NCBI GenBank assembly: GCA_045645405.1
Contig: JAZRIQ010000004.1
Location: 93,372 to 157,371, forward strand
Direction of reading: 5' to 3'
Length of the DNA stretch: 64,000 nt
Source of the DNA: Eubacteriales bacterium
GTDB lineage: Bacteria; Bacillota; Clostridia; Oscillospirales; CAG-272
Below are positions 19,679 through 28,789 of the stretch, one piece after another. The position numbers were made by a program, and so were the translations under genes. Below the pieces are notes generated by a model. That model did not search any database. It was not told where the DNA came from and saw nothing but the letters and a program-made list of their open reading frames with translations. Each line of letters opens with the position of its first letter. Within the stretch, counting starts at the first letter, position 1.

Positions 19679-20275
19679 CTAATTGAAAGATATGACTATT
19701 GCTATAGTATAAAATATTATACATAATAATACAAATAAAAGTTGAAGTTTTAAATTATTATCTGAATATGGATATGGCAAAATTAATTCTATAAAGTGAA
19801 AAAATATGAATATAGCGCATAAAATACCCGTTGCATGTATGACATTAGAAAAAATAACCAAAGACACATAGCCAGAATTATATAGTGGAGTATCATATAT
19901 AAACATTATAATTGAATTTACAATAAAACCGACCGTATATGCTTTGTAGGATACTCTTTTATTGTTACTTTCATCTATATTTTCACTATATTTGTAAAGC
20001 CTTGACAATAAATTTCGCTTTTTCAAAATACTAATCACAATAGAAAAAATAGCATATATTAAAGTTGCAAAATGAATATGAAATATACTAAAAATCCATA
20101 AAGATACACATAAGAATAAAAGTATATCACATAAATTATTATATTTAACAAAGGCTAATTTTGATTTATTTGCTATAAGATAAATACCTAAACAGCACAA
20201 AGTTATCAAAATTAAAACAGTTATTTTAGATATACTAAAATTAAAAAATATGTTAGATAATAAACAATTTAACAT
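19679..20275 (-). CDS. Hypothetical multi-pass membrane protein
   Basis: AAGGAG SD; 198-aa ORF with about 6 hydrophobic segments; very AT-rich. Confidence 0.6.
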   Translation of the reverse strand: MLNCLLSNIFFNFSISKITVLILITLCCLGIYLIANKSKLAFVKYNNLCDILLFLCVSLWIFSIFHIHFATLIYAIFSIVISILKKRNLLSRLYKYSENIDESNNKRVSYKAYTVGFIVNSIIMFIYDTPLYNSGYVSLVIFSNVIHATGILCAIFIFFHFIELILPYPYSDNNLKLQLLFVLLCIIFYTIAIVISFN

Positions 20276-20286
20276 GCTGCTCCTTA

Positions 20287-20829
20287 TTACAAGTGTGACA
20301 TTTGTTTTAATGATAAATCTTTATCATATTTTATGTAAATTGATAAGTGCTCTGCCATTTTTACAATATACCACACATTTTCCATATCTGTATTAAAATC
20401 TAAAACACATTTGCCGATTTGATTATATAACGCAATAATAACAGCTTTCTCGTTTGATTGCTCCACGACTCTTACACATCGTACATCACACCATTTTATT
20501 TTCTTTGAAAATATTAATAAAAATTTGCGTGATATTTCTATATCATTAACGTTGCAAACAAAAGAAAAAGTATATATGGATAATGCAAATATTATAGCTC
20601 CTAAAAATACAAATACTGCAAACAAAATGCGAGTTTCGTGTTTTATTAGAAACCAAAGTAATGAAAAAATTATAATAACTATAAGCGATGCACAAATTCT
20701 GGCTATAGTCTGTTTACGTTTATATTTTACCGTAAAATGCTCATTAAATTCAATTTCCGGCATTTGATCCGGCGAATGCTTACTTATTCCGAAAAGCAAT
20801 TCTAAAATCAGTTCAACAAAATGCTCCAT
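20287..20829 (-). CDS. Hypothetical 2-TM membrane protein with a bacterial PH-like tail
   Basis: AAGGA SD; two TM helices then VCNVNDIEISRKFLLIFSKKIKWCDVR. Confidence 0.65.
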   Translation of the reverse strand: MEHFVELILELLFGISKHSPDQMPEIEFNEHFTVKYKRKQTIARICASLIVIIIFSLLWFLIKHETRILFAVFVFLGAIIFALSIYTFSFVCNVNDIEISRKFLLIFSKKIKWCDVRCVRVVEQSNEKAVIIALYNQIGKCVLDFNTDMENVWYIVKMAEHLSIYIKYDKDLSLKQMSHL

Positions 20830-20914
20830 TTTAATTCCTTATTAAATTGTTCTACTTTATTTTTCAAATATGTTTTTTATAAAACTCTTATATTCACATA
20901 ACGCTTTACTGTTC

Positions 20915-21112
20915 TTACTCGTTTTTGTCCGCTCTTTTCTTTTTAACAATCCAAACTATACCACAAATCATACCGATAAGCGTTAATATACATAATGGAA
21001 TATGAACTACAAGTGGAATAACATTACCATACGCCAAATCAATAATTCTAAATATAGAAGTAATTAAAAGTGAAATACAGCCCATTAAATACAAAATACG
21101 AAGAGTTTTCAC
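20915..21112 (-). CDS. Small 2-TM hypothetical protein (65 aa)
   Basis: AGGAGG SD before GTG 21112; two hydrophobic helices and a basic tail. Confidence 0.65.
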   Translation of the reverse strand: MKTLRILYLMGCISLLITSIFRIIDLAYGNVIPLVVHIPLCILTLIGMICGIVWIVKKKRADKNE

Positions 21113-21147
21113 AAATATGCCTCCTTCCAAATTTATACTATGATAAA

Positions 21148-21210
21148 ATACTACCATATTGTACTCAAAAAGTCAAGCAACCGCAGGTTGCATATAGCTA
21201 ACCGTAGGTT
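21148..21210 (-). promoter_or_regulatory. sigmaA promoter with two tandem palindromic operator-like boxes
   Basis: TTGACT-N17-TAGTAT; AACCGCAGGTT (21179) and AACCGTAGGTT (21200), 21 bp apart, abutting the -35. Confidence 0.65.
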
Positions 21211-21230
21211 TACAAAAAAAAATTTTACAA

Positions 21231-21256
21231 AAAATCCGAGCATTAGCTCGGATTTT
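21231..21256 (-). terminator. Terminator of the rhaB...yebC unit
   Basis: AAAATCCGAGC-atta-GCTCGGATTTT. Confidence 0.8.
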
Positions 21257-21262
21257 AAAGTA

Positions 21263-21991
21263 TTAATCGCAGTTTTCCCAGTTATGATATACTTCTGTAA
21301 CATCATCGTTATCTTCAAGATGTTCAATAAGTAAGTTCATATACTTAATTTCATCCTCAGATGTTAACGTAACGTAAGTTGAAGGGATTTTATCTTCTTC
21401 TGCGGATACGTACTTGAAGCCTGCTTTTTCAAGTGCTTCTGCAACAGATGCTAGGTCGCTTGGTTCTGTGTAAACGATATAAGCTTCTTCATCGGAAACG
21501 AAATCTTCAGCTCCTGCTTCAAGAGCAGCTTCCATTAAAGCATCCTCGTCATATCCTTCTTCTTTAGAAAGCATAATTACTCCCTTATCCTCAAAAAGAT
21601 ATCCAACACAACCGGTAGTACCAAGATTTCCCTTGTATTTGCTGAAATAAGAACGAATTTCAGGTGTTGTGCGGTTGGTATTATCAGTAGCTGCTTCAAC
21701 AATTACAGCCACTCCACCTGGACCGTAGCCCTCATAGCGCATTTCTTCAAGATTTGCTGAATCTGATGAACTTGCCTTTTTAATTGTTCTTTCAATATTA
21801 TCATTAGGAACGTTATTTGCTTTTGCTTTGGCTATCAAAGAAGCAAGCTTTGCATTTACTGATGGATCAGGTCCGCCTGCCTTAACAGCAATAGCCATCT
21901 CTTTTCCGATTTTGGTAAAGATTTTTGCTTTTTGAGCATCAGTCTTTTCCTTTTTATGCATTATGTTTTTCCATTTACTATGTCCTGACAT
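21263..21991 (-). CDS. yebC: YebC/PmpR family protein
   Basis: MSGHSKWKNI, YEGYGPGGVA, TDNTNRT, LEDNDDVTEVYHN. Confidence 0.96.
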   Translation of the reverse strand: MSGHSKWKNIMHKKEKTDAQKAKIFTKIGKEMAIAVKAGGPDPSVNAKLASLIAKAKANNVPNDNIERTIKKASSSDSANLEEMRYEGYGPGGVAVIVEAATDNTNRTTPEIRSYFSKYKGNLGTTGCVGYLFEDKGVIMLSKEEGYDEDALMEAALEAGAEDFVSDEEAYIVYTEPSDLASVAEALEKAGFKYVSAEEDKIPSTYVTLTSEDEIKYMNLLIEHLEDNDDVTEVYHNWENCD

Positions 21992-22007
21992 AAATAACCT
22001 CGTATAT

Positions 22008-23720
22008 TTATATTTTTTCTGTCTTTTTCATACAAATTAAGCCAAATGCGGAGCCTAAAACAGTCTTTACTGCATTTGTAAGGCGAATTCTTGTGTTTCT
22101 TACACTTTCATTCTCTGCGCTGACAATTTGACAGTTATGATAGAATTTATTAAATGAAGTACATACATCAATTATATATCTTGTAATAACCGATGGCTCA
22201 TATTCCTTAATGGCATCCTTAACAGCTTCATTGAATTTAGACAATATCTTTAATAAATCCGCTTCTTCCTTTGCTGTTATAACAGGCGTAGTGTCGATAT
22301 TTAAGCCGTTTGCTTTTTCAAGTATTCCACAGCATCTTGCATAGGTATATTGAGCATAAGGACCCGTATTGCCCTCAAAACTTAAAGCATCTTCCATTAT
22401 AAAGTTGATGTCTTTAATTCTGTTATTATATAAGTAGTAGAACACAACTGAGCCAACACCAACAGCCTCGGAAACTTCTTGCTTGTTTGGAAGGTTAGGA
22501 TTTTTTTCATTGATAATCTCACTTACTTTTTCAATAGCAGTAGCAAATAAGTCCTTTAATAAAATTACGTTGCCCGTTCTTGTAGCAAGCTTTTCACCAT
22601 TGATACTAACCGTACCGTACGGCACGTGAACTAATTTATCGTACCAATCATATCCCATAAGCTCAACAACCTTAAACCATTGAGCGAAATGGAGACTTTG
22701 ACCTGCAGAAGTTACATAAATACATTTATCAAAATTATATGCTTCCTTGCGGTAAACAGCAGCAGCTATATCTCTTGTTGGATACAATGTAGAACCATCT
22801 CTTTTAAGTATTAAACAAGGTGGCATATTGTACTCAGACAAATCAACTATAGAAGCACCGTCGTCAATCTTCATAAGCCCACTATTTTTGAGCTTTTCTA
22901 TTTGTGCAGGCATTTTATCAGTATAAAAGCTTTCGCCCTTATAACTGTCGAATTCAATTCCTAATTGTTTATAGGTTTTTTGGTATTCCTTAAGACTGAT
23001 GTCAACAAACCATTTCCAAAGAGCAATATTCGTTTCATCATTCTGCTCAAGCTTTGTGAATTCATTTCTTGCAAGCTGATTTAAGGATTCATCAATTTCT
23101 GATTCTTGATGGAATTTAACGTATAAAGCTACAAGCTCGTCAACTCCACCGGCTTCAACCTTTTCTCTGCTTCCCCATTTATTATAAGCTACTATGAGCT
23201 TACCAAATTGAGTTCCCCAGTCACCTAAATAGTTAATTCCTACACAGTTATAGCCTTGGAATTCATGAAGCATTTTAAGTGAGTGACCAATAACGGTAGT
23301 TCCTAAATGTCCAATGTGAAACGGTTTAGCAACGTTCGGTGAAGAATAGTCAAAAACAGCTATTTTGCCATTCCCCGAACCGTCTGAACCGTATTTTTCT
23401 TTTTTGTCCTCTATCTCAAGAAGAACATTGTTTACTAAATAATCGTTCGTTACAAATATATTTAGATATCCGTTTACTGCTTCCGCCTTTGAAACAACTT
23501 CTGAAATGAATTTTTCAGAAATTTCCTTTGCTATTACAGGTGGAGCTTTTCTTAAAATTCTGCTTAATTTAAAGCAAGGAAAAGCAATATCACCTAAGCT
23601 TGAATCCGGCGGATACTCAAACATCGAAAGAATATCATCAATATTTAAAGTTATATCAGCAGAAAGCTCTTTAATACAGGACAACAAATCATTTGCAACA
23701 GTATTTTTAAAATTATTCAT
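22008..23720 (-). CDS. argS: Arginine--tRNA ligase
   Basis: DYSSPNVAKPFHIGH (HIGH), NYLGDWGTQFG, FEGNTGPYAQYTYAR. Confidence 0.97.
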   Translation of the reverse strand: MNNFKNTVANDLLSCIKELSADITLNIDDILSMFEYPPDSSLGDIAFPCFKLSRILRKAPPVIAKEISEKFISEVVSKAEAVNGYLNIFVTNDYLVNNVLLEIEDKKEKYGSDGSGNGKIAVFDYSSPNVAKPFHIGHLGTTVIGHSLKMLHEFQGYNCVGINYLGDWGTQFGKLIVAYNKWGSREKVEAGGVDELVALYVKFHQESEIDESLNQLARNEFTKLEQNDETNIALWKWFVDISLKEYQKTYKQLGIEFDSYKGESFYTDKMPAQIEKLKNSGLMKIDDGASIVDLSEYNMPPCLILKRDGSTLYPTRDIAAAVYRKEAYNFDKCIYVTSAGQSLHFAQWFKVVELMGYDWYDKLVHVPYGTVSINGEKLATRTGNVILLKDLFATAIEKVSEIINEKNPNLPNKQEVSEAVGVGSVVFYYLYNNRIKDINFIMEDALSFEGNTGPYAQYTYARCCGILEKANGLNIDTTPVITAKEEADLLKILSKFNEAVKDAIKEYEPSVITRYIIDVCTSFNKFYHNCQIVSAENESVRNTRIRLTNAVKTVLGSAFGLICMKKTEKI

Positions 23721-23727
23721 TTATATA

Positions 23728-24858
23728 TTAGTCCTCGTCAATTTCTGAATGTTGACCCGCATTATATTTGTCAACTAAAGTATGAATTTTTTGTACGGGA
23801 TTTAATAGGTCGCTAATTGAAGCATCTTTATTTATCGTATCAATTATATATGAAACGTATTTGCACATATTAACGTCACAATACCATTCTCTTGAAAGAA
23901 TTTCATTAGTATGATATGTAAGATTAGTTGCATAGATTTTATCAAATATTCCCTCTTTATAAGCTTTATCGAAGTTTTCAAGACCGTTGCAGAATAGTGC
24001 AAAAGTAGCAAATACAAATACTCTTTTTGCTCCTCTTTGCTTCAATTGCTGTGCAACGTCAATCATAGAGTCACCTGATGAAATCATATCGTCAACTACA
24101 ATTACATCTTTGCCAACTAAATCTTTGCCAAGATACTCGTGAGCTTCAATTGGGTTTTTACCGTCAACGATTACGGAATAATTTCTTCTCTTATAGAACA
24201 TACCAAGCTCAATACCAAGAACAGAAGCAATATACATTGATCTGCCAATAGCGCCTTCGTCCGGAGAAACCACCATAAGACTTTCTTTGTCTAACTTAAC
24301 GTCAGGAATTGTTCTCATAAGTGCCTTAAGCATTTGATACGTAGGTCTTACACTGTCAAAACCGCTCAAAGGAATAGCATTTTGAACTCTTGGGTCGTGA
24401 GCATCAAAGGTAATAATGTTAGTTACGCCCATATTTGTTAGTTCTTGTAAAGCGAGAGCGCAGTCAAGTGACTCTCTGGCAGAACGCTTATGCTGTCTGC
24501 CTTCATAAAGCATAGGCATAATTACACTTATTCTTCTTGTTTTACCGCCGGTTGCTGCTATTATTCTTTTTAAATCTTGAAAATGATCATCCGGACTCAT
24601 CGGTACGTTCATTCCGTACATTTTGTATGTTACTCCGTAATTGAAGCAGTCTGAAATGATATAAAGATCAAGACCTCTCATTGACTCGTTAATTAAAGCT
24701 TTTGCTTCACCTGAACCAAATCTCGGACAGGTAGCTTTAGCAATAAATGTGTTTTCCTGTTCTCTAATCTTCTTTAAGTAAAAGTCTACTTGAGCTGTAA
24801 AATCCTCACAGCCTCTCATTGCAATAACCTTTAATTCGCCATTTACATGCTCGTTCAT
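23728..24858 (-). CDS. prs: Ribose-phosphate pyrophosphokinase (long clostridial type)
   Basis: RFGSGEAK, PMLYEGRQH, VSPDEGA, VVDDMISSGDS PRPP-binding motif. Confidence 0.93.
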   Translation of the reverse strand: MNEHVNGELKVIAMRGCEDFTAQVDFYLKKIREQENTFIAKATCPRFGSGEAKALINESMRGLDLYIISDCFNYGVTYKMYGMNVPMSPDDHFQDLKRIIAATGGKTRRISVIMPMLYEGRQHKRSARESLDCALALQELTNMGVTNIITFDAHDPRVQNAIPLSGFDSVRPTYQMLKALMRTIPDVKLDKESLMVVSPDEGAIGRSMYIASVLGIELGMFYKRRNYSVIVDGKNPIEAHEYLGKDLVGKDVIVVDDMISSGDSMIDVAQQLKQRGAKRVFVFATFALFCNGLENFDKAYKEGIFDKIYATNLTYHTNEILSREWYCDVNMCKYVSYIIDTINKDASISDLLNPVQKIHTLVDKYNAGQHSEIDED

Positions 24859-24882
24859 AATTAAATCCCCCTATTGACGTTA

Positions 24883-25920
24883 TTATTTAGTTATAGTAAT
24901 TTTTGCGATTACGTTTGATTTATCAGGGTCAATTCCCTTTGCCAAAACAAGATGCAAGGCAAACATTTGCATAGCAAGAGCAAAAATGAACGCCATAGTA
25001 TATTCGCAACCTGTGTTCTTTACCGAAATAGTTGTATTCTTTGAAGCTATTGAAGGCATATCTGTAACAACAATAGTATTTGCACCAACGTTATCAAGCT
25101 TCGCTATCATTTTTTCAGCATCTTGAAGCATTATTCCGCTTTGCGCTAAAACAAAAGCTAAATCATTATCATGAAGCTGAGCAACCGGACCGTGATAAAA
25201 GTCAGAAATCGGATAGCCTTTTACCTTCATTTTGTTAGTTTCAAGAATTTTTAATGCACCCTCAAGAGCGATAGGATATGAAATACCTCTACCAAGCACA
25301 ACCGCACTTTCGTAATTTAAAATTGAAGGAATAATTTTCTCAATTTGTGATGGCAAATAATTCAACGCTTCATCAAGTTGAGAAGGAATTAACGCTAAAG
25401 CGTTAGAAAGCTCTTCGTTTTTACTCCATTCAGCACATAATAAAGCAAGTAAAAACATTTGCGCGGTAAATGTTTTAGTTGCCGCAATACTTTTTTCTTC
25501 ATCTGCATTACAGAAAAGGTGATATTTAGCAGTTTTAGCAATTAAGGAGTCCTCGTAGTTTGTAATGGCAAGAGTTGGCATACCTTGCTTTTTTGCAGAT
25601 TCAAGAACATAATTTACATCCTCTGCTCTTCCTGACTGAGAAACGCCAATTACCAGCGAATTGTTAAATTTAATATCTGTTCCGTATTGTGTGAAAATTG
25701 AAGGTGTACCAAGAGTACAAGGAATTCCCATCACAATACCAAAAAGATATTGAGCGTAAATACAGGCGTGGTCAGAAGTGCCTCTTGCAGCGAAATAAAT
25801 GTTGTTTATTTTCTTTTCCTCTAATTCTTTTACAAGCAGACAAAGAGTTTCCTTATTTTTTTCAAGTAAGGAAGATAATACACTCGGCTGTTGTCTAATT
25901 TCCTTTTCAAGATTTATCAT
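24883..25920 (-). CDS. SIS-domain sugar-phosphate isomerase/deaminase (GlmS C-terminal-like)
   Basis: EIRQQP, ARGTSDHA, VSQSG, AATKTFTAQ, ALEGALKILET, FYHGP; no glutaminase domain. Confidence 0.85.
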   Translation of the reverse strand: MINLEKEIRQQPSVLSSLLEKNKETLCLLVKELEEKKINNIYFAARGTSDHACIYAQYLFGIVMGIPCTLGTPSIFTQYGTDIKFNNSLVIGVSQSGRAEDVNYVLESAKKQGMPTLAITNYEDSLIAKTAKYHLFCNADEEKSIAATKTFTAQMFLLALLCAEWSKNEELSNALALIPSQLDEALNYLPSQIEKIIPSILNYESAVVLGRGISYPIALEGALKILETNKMKVKGYPISDFYHGPVAQLHDNDLAFVLAQSGIMLQDAEKMIAKLDNVGANTIVVTDMPSIASKNTTISVKNTGCEYTMAFIFALAMQMFALHLVLAKGIDPDKSNVIAKITITK

Positions 25921-25929
25921 TTTAATACC

Positions 25930-27189
25930 TTATCTTTTTAAGAGAACATCCTTTTCGTATTTTTTAACCTCATCCATCCAATCAAAGCCGGTAGGAACAC
26001 CACACTCTTGGCAATACTTTTGCCATACAGCGGTAAATGGATATGATTTTAAAGTTTCAAGCAAGCCAAGACGTGATGTATAGTCTAATTCTAACTCGTA
26101 TTTCTTTAAAAGTTCTGTTGGTTCAAGCATAGCGTAAAGAAGTGCTTTTTCAAGGTTTCTTGCGCCTATTGTCCATGCTGCAACTCTATTTATACTTGCA
26201 TCAAAGAAATCAAGACCGATATGAATTCTGTTCATTTCTCCGCTTCTTACAATTTCTTGTGCAATAGCCTTTAATTCATCATCAAAAATTACTACGTGGT
26301 CGCTATCCCATCTTACAGGACGAGAAACGTGTAGCAATAAGCCGGGTGTAAATTGAAGAGCTGTGCTGATTTTATCAGAAATAACCTCTGTTGGATGAAA
26401 ATGTCCTGCATCAAGAGTTACATACTGACCTTTTTTTGCGCAATATCCCAGATAAAAGTCATTAGAACCGATTGTACAGCTTTCTGCACCGATTCCAAAA
26501 ACCTTACCTTCAAGAGAAGCTACGTTATATTTTGGGTCAACCTCAACAGCAAAAATTTTGTCAAGTGAATCTTCAAGTCTCTTTCTATAACCGTTACGGT
26601 CAACGGGAATATCTTTGAAACCATCCGGAATCCAATAATTGCTTGCGCAAACCTCGCCCATTTCCTTACCGATATATTCAGCAATTTTTCTTGTAGCTAT
26701 TACGTGATCAATCCAAAACTGTCTTATTTTTTCGTCATGATGGCTTAAAGTAAATCCATCTTCAGAAAGCGGGTGCGAGAAACACGTTGGGTCAAGGTTT
26801 AATCCAAACCCATTTTTCTTTGCCCATTTTATCCAAACATCATAATGTTCAGGTTTTATTTGATCTCTGGGAACAACTTCTCCCTTATTATCGAGATAAA
26901 TTGCGTGTAAACAAATTTTTTTCTTACCCGGAATCATAGAAGCTGCTTTTTCGAAATCTGCTTGAAGCTCTTCAATGTTACGCGCTGCACCGGGATAGTT
27001 TCCTGTAGTTTGAATACCGCCTGTTAGAGGACCTTTATTTTCAAATCCCTTTACGTCATCACCCTGCCAGCATTGAATAGAAATTGGAACGTTCTTAAGC
27101 TTTTCAATAACTGCGTCTGTATCTATTCCGAATTCTGCATAAGCTTTTTTAGCTAATTCGTACATTTCATTTACAAATTTATTTTCCAT
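25930..27189 (-). CDS. rhaA: L-rhamnose isomerase
   Basis: CWQGDDV.GFE, GGIQTTGNYPG, WIPDG, LDAGHFHPTE, LHVSRPVRWDSDHV, IGLDFFDASINR. Confidence 0.96.
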   Translation of the reverse strand: MENKFVNEMYELAKKAYAEFGIDTDAVIEKLKNVPISIQCWQGDDVKGFENKGPLTGGIQTTGNYPGAARNIEELQADFEKAASMIPGKKKICLHAIYLDNKGEVVPRDQIKPEHYDVWIKWAKKNGFGLNLDPTCFSHPLSEDGFTLSHHDEKIRQFWIDHVIATRKIAEYIGKEMGEVCASNYWIPDGFKDIPVDRNGYRKRLEDSLDKIFAVEVDPKYNVASLEGKVFGIGAESCTIGSNDFYLGYCAKKGQYVTLDAGHFHPTEVISDKISTALQFTPGLLLHVSRPVRWDSDHVVIFDDELKAIAQEIVRSGEMNRIHIGLDFFDASINRVAAWTIGARNLEKALLYAMLEPTELLKKYELELDYTSRLGLLETLKSYPFTAVWQKYCQECGVPTGFDWMDEVKKYEKDVLLKR

Positions 27190-27200
27190 AGTCGCACCCC

Positions 27201-28679
27201 TTATTTACAAATCTTTAAATATCTCTGATATGCTTCTTCCCAAGCATCTCCATAATGTGGCTCATATACCTTTATTTCAAATGAATTTCTTATAATATCT
27301 CTTGCTTCGAAAATATCCTTCAGCTCGCCTGTTGCGATGGTTTGCATAGCTATATTACCAATAGCTGTTGCTTCAACAGGACCGGCATAAACAACTCTGT
27401 TAGAAGCATCGGCTGCCCATTGACATAAGATTTTTTCTTTTGTACCACCACCAACAATATTGATTGATGAATATTTTTTGCCAGTCATATCTTCGATGTT
27501 TTCAATAGTATTTCTATAACAAAGAACCAAGCTTTCAAAAATACATCTAACTATTTCACCAATCGTCTGAGGTACATACTGATTTGTTTTCTTACAATAT
27601 TCTCTTATTCTACCTGGCATATCTCCTGCAGGAGTGAACAAATCATCATTAGGATTGATAAAGCAAGCAAACGGTTTAGCCTCAAGAGCCTTCGTCGTAA
27701 GCTCGTCAAACGAGAGATCAAGTCCCTCTCTTCTCCATTGTCTTCTTGATTCCTGCTCAAGCCATAAGCCCATAATATTTTTAAGAAATCTGATTTTTCC
27801 GCCTGCTCCGCCTTCGTTGGTAAGATTGTAATTCATAGATTGAGCGTTAATAACAGGCTCATCGTTTTCAACACCCATAAGAGACCAAGTACCACTGCTT
27901 ATGTAAACAAAATCATCTCCACGTTTAGCAGGAACGGCAATAACAGCACTAGCTGTATCGTGAGAAGCAATATTTACAACGTCAGCAGTAATATTTCCAA
28001 GCTCTGATATAAGTGCAGGTGTAAGCTTACCGATTTTATGTCCCGGCATAACTACCTCGGAAAACAACTTCTCATTGATTCCAAACTTATTAAGAAGCTC
28101 TTTTGAAATATTTCTCTTTTTTGCATCAAGAACAGCACCGGTTGATGCAATTGTATATTCTGTAAATTTTTGTCCGGTTAAGAAATAATTAAGAAGATCA
28201 GGTGTAAAAAGAAGTCTTTCCGCATTTTCGATAATATACGGTCTATCTCTTAAATCAGCAACAAGCTGATATATGGTATTAAAGTTGATGGTTTGAATTC
28301 CTGTAATTCCGTAAAGCTCTTCAAATGGAACAGTCTTAAAAGCATATTGTTGTATTCCATCTGTTCTTGCATCACGATAATGGTATGGATTTGCCATTAA
28401 CGCGCCATTTTTGTCAATAAAGCCGTAATCAACTCCCCAAGTATCAATACCAATGCTTCTAATATCTTTATCACTGGATAATGCACATTTTGAAATGGAA
28501 GCTTTAATTTCGTGAAAAATTCTTAAAATATCCCAATTAAAATTACCGTTAGTGTTTACAGGCTCGTTAGGAAATCTGTGGTTTTCTTCTACTGTAAATT
28601 TTTTTCCGTCAAATTTACCGACAATTCCTCTACCGCTTGAAGCACCAAGGTCAATTGCAAGCATTTTTAAATCAGCCAT
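27201..28679 (-). CDS. rhaB: Rhamnulokinase (FGGY family)
   Basis: AIDLGASSGR, IGIDTWGVD, SHDTASA, SSGTWSLMG, TNEGG..RFLKNIMGLW; adjacent to rhaA. Confidence 0.93.
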   Translation of the reverse strand: MADLKMLAIDLGASSGRGIVGKFDGKKFTVEENHRFPNEPVNTNGNFNWDILRIFHEIKASISKCALSSDKDIRSIGIDTWGVDYGFIDKNGALMANPYHYRDARTDGIQQYAFKTVPFEELYGITGIQTINFNTIYQLVADLRDRPYIIENAERLLFTPDLLNYFLTGQKFTEYTIASTGAVLDAKKRNISKELLNKFGINEKLFSEVVMPGHKIGKLTPALISELGNITADVVNIASHDTASAVIAVPAKRGDDFVYISSGTWSLMGVENDEPVINAQSMNYNLTNEGGAGGKIRFLKNIMGLWLEQESRRQWRREGLDLSFDELTTKALEAKPFACFINPNDDLFTPAGDMPGRIREYCKKTNQYVPQTIGEIVRCIFESLVLCYRNTIENIEDMTGKKYSSINIVGGGTKEKILCQWAADASNRVVYAGPVEATAIGNIAMQTIATGELKDIFEARDIIRNSFEIKVYEPHYGDAWEEAYQRYLKICK

Positions 28680-28729
28680 AATTCCGTCCCTCTCATACAA
28701 TGAATTTTATAGTTTTGACATACGAAATA

Positions 28730-28758
28730 ATTATATCAATGAAGACACAAAATTTCAA
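28730..28758 (-). promoter_or_regulatory. sigmaA promoter upstream of rhaB
   Basis: TTGAAA-N17-TATAAT with TG extension on the minus strand. Confidence 0.6.
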
Positions 28759-28789
28759 GTCTTTTTTAAAATATATATAAATATTTAGT

